From: Octopus bimaculoides
Lineage: Eukaryota
DNA length: 63,902 nt
Reading direction: 5' to 3'
NCBI RefSeq assembly: GCF_001194135.2
Contig: NC_068989.1
Coordinates: 18,533,314-18,597,215 of the forward strand
Numbering within the stretch: position 1 is the first letter of the stretch; every line of letters begins with the position of its first letter. The translations under genes were made by a program, and so were the position numbers. Positions 63,294 to 63,902 of this stretch are shown piece by piece. Below the pieces are notes generated by a model, which ran no database searches, had not been told where the DNA came from, and saw only the letters and a program-made list of their open reading frames with translations.

Positions 63294-63902
63294 CTTCCGG
63301 TTACTGCGCATGCGTTGATTCAGTTGCTGGTTTGTTTCTTTGAGAGTCGGACAGGATTTTTGTGCTGCTTGGCAGCGGTTTAGTGGAAATGTATTCAGAC
63401 ATTAGCGAGTCTGAATTGTTTTCATCAGAGGAGGAGCTGGTGAAGGTGGTGATAAGAATGGACAGAATGTTGGAGAAAACAAAAAGTTTTTTCTGAGGCG
63501 GCGGAGGTGAAGAAAAAGGATGTAGACCTGGCTGAACTAAAGGAATATAGGAAAAATGAGACACAAGGTGGGTGGCGACGTGAAGTTGTTGCCGCCACAA
63601 AAAATCATGGAGCAAATAGAGAGGAAAACTATCACCTATAGGGTGCACTCACTGAAGAACAAAAAGGATGAACAGGTGGAAATGGAATAATAGAAAAAGC
63701 GCTAAAGAAACAGTCGAACCAAATAATGTACATAAAACCAAGGGATGTAAATACAGGACAGTAGTCGTCCAGTTTAGGACAGTGGAGGAGGCAAAGAGGC
63801 TGGCGAGTGTGGAGGCGAAGAGGCTGGCGAGTGTGGAGGCGAAGAGGCTGGCGAGTGTGGAGGCGAAGAGGCTGGCGAGTGTGGAGGCGAAGAGGCTGGC
63901 GA
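63294..63902 (+). mobile_element. Probable 5' end/ORF1 of a non-LTR retrotransposon, frameshifted
   Basis: ATG 63389; frame-stitched ...RKTITYRVHSL...IIEKALKK...IMYI...RTVVVQFRTVEEAKRLAS resembles an RRM-type ORF1; purine-rich. Confidence 0.5.
63794..63902 (+). repeat. 24-bp perfect tandem repeat (RLASVEAK)n
   Basis: AAGAGGCTGGCGAGTGTGGAGGCG, ~4.5 copies, cut by the window edge. Confidence 0.95.

Noticed and set aside
63301-63648. 115-aa minus-strand ORF as ASF1 exon 1
   Set aside because: No MAKV...DNP.PF..PFQFEITFEC-type sequence; it is antisense to the ORF1-like region, and exon 1 must lie outside the window.

Overview
AT-rich, repeat-dense eukaryotic DNA from a draft assembly with many N gaps beside microsatellites. 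The SINE/LINE repertoire points to an octopus (coleoid cephalopod); the species cannot be fixed from sequence alone. Two convergent protein-coding genes are supported. The first is a complete LHFPL2-type tetraspan gene on + (coding exons 13060-13498, 23644-23757, 24675-24817; 231 aa). The second is the histone chaperone ASF1 on - (exons 62637-62752, 45821-45997, 44702-44920; exon 1 lies beyond the right edge). The rest is three tRNA-headed SINE families, RTE LINE fragments (one with a PHD finger inside the RT, one 5'-inverted), a Vingi-like LINE, R4/Dong-like 3' ends in (TAA)n tracts, mariner remnants, piggyBac- and hAT-type MITEs, and mini/microsatellites. The most notable signal is several hammerhead-ribozyme motifs of the Penelope-like type. 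One pair forms a ~220-bp-arm hairpin and one is a complete long-helix-II motif, both in ASF1 intron 2 with a copy in the pre-mRNA sense. There is also a duplicated ASF1 exon-3 splice acceptor in intron 3. Repeat boundaries are read by eye and may be off by several bases.
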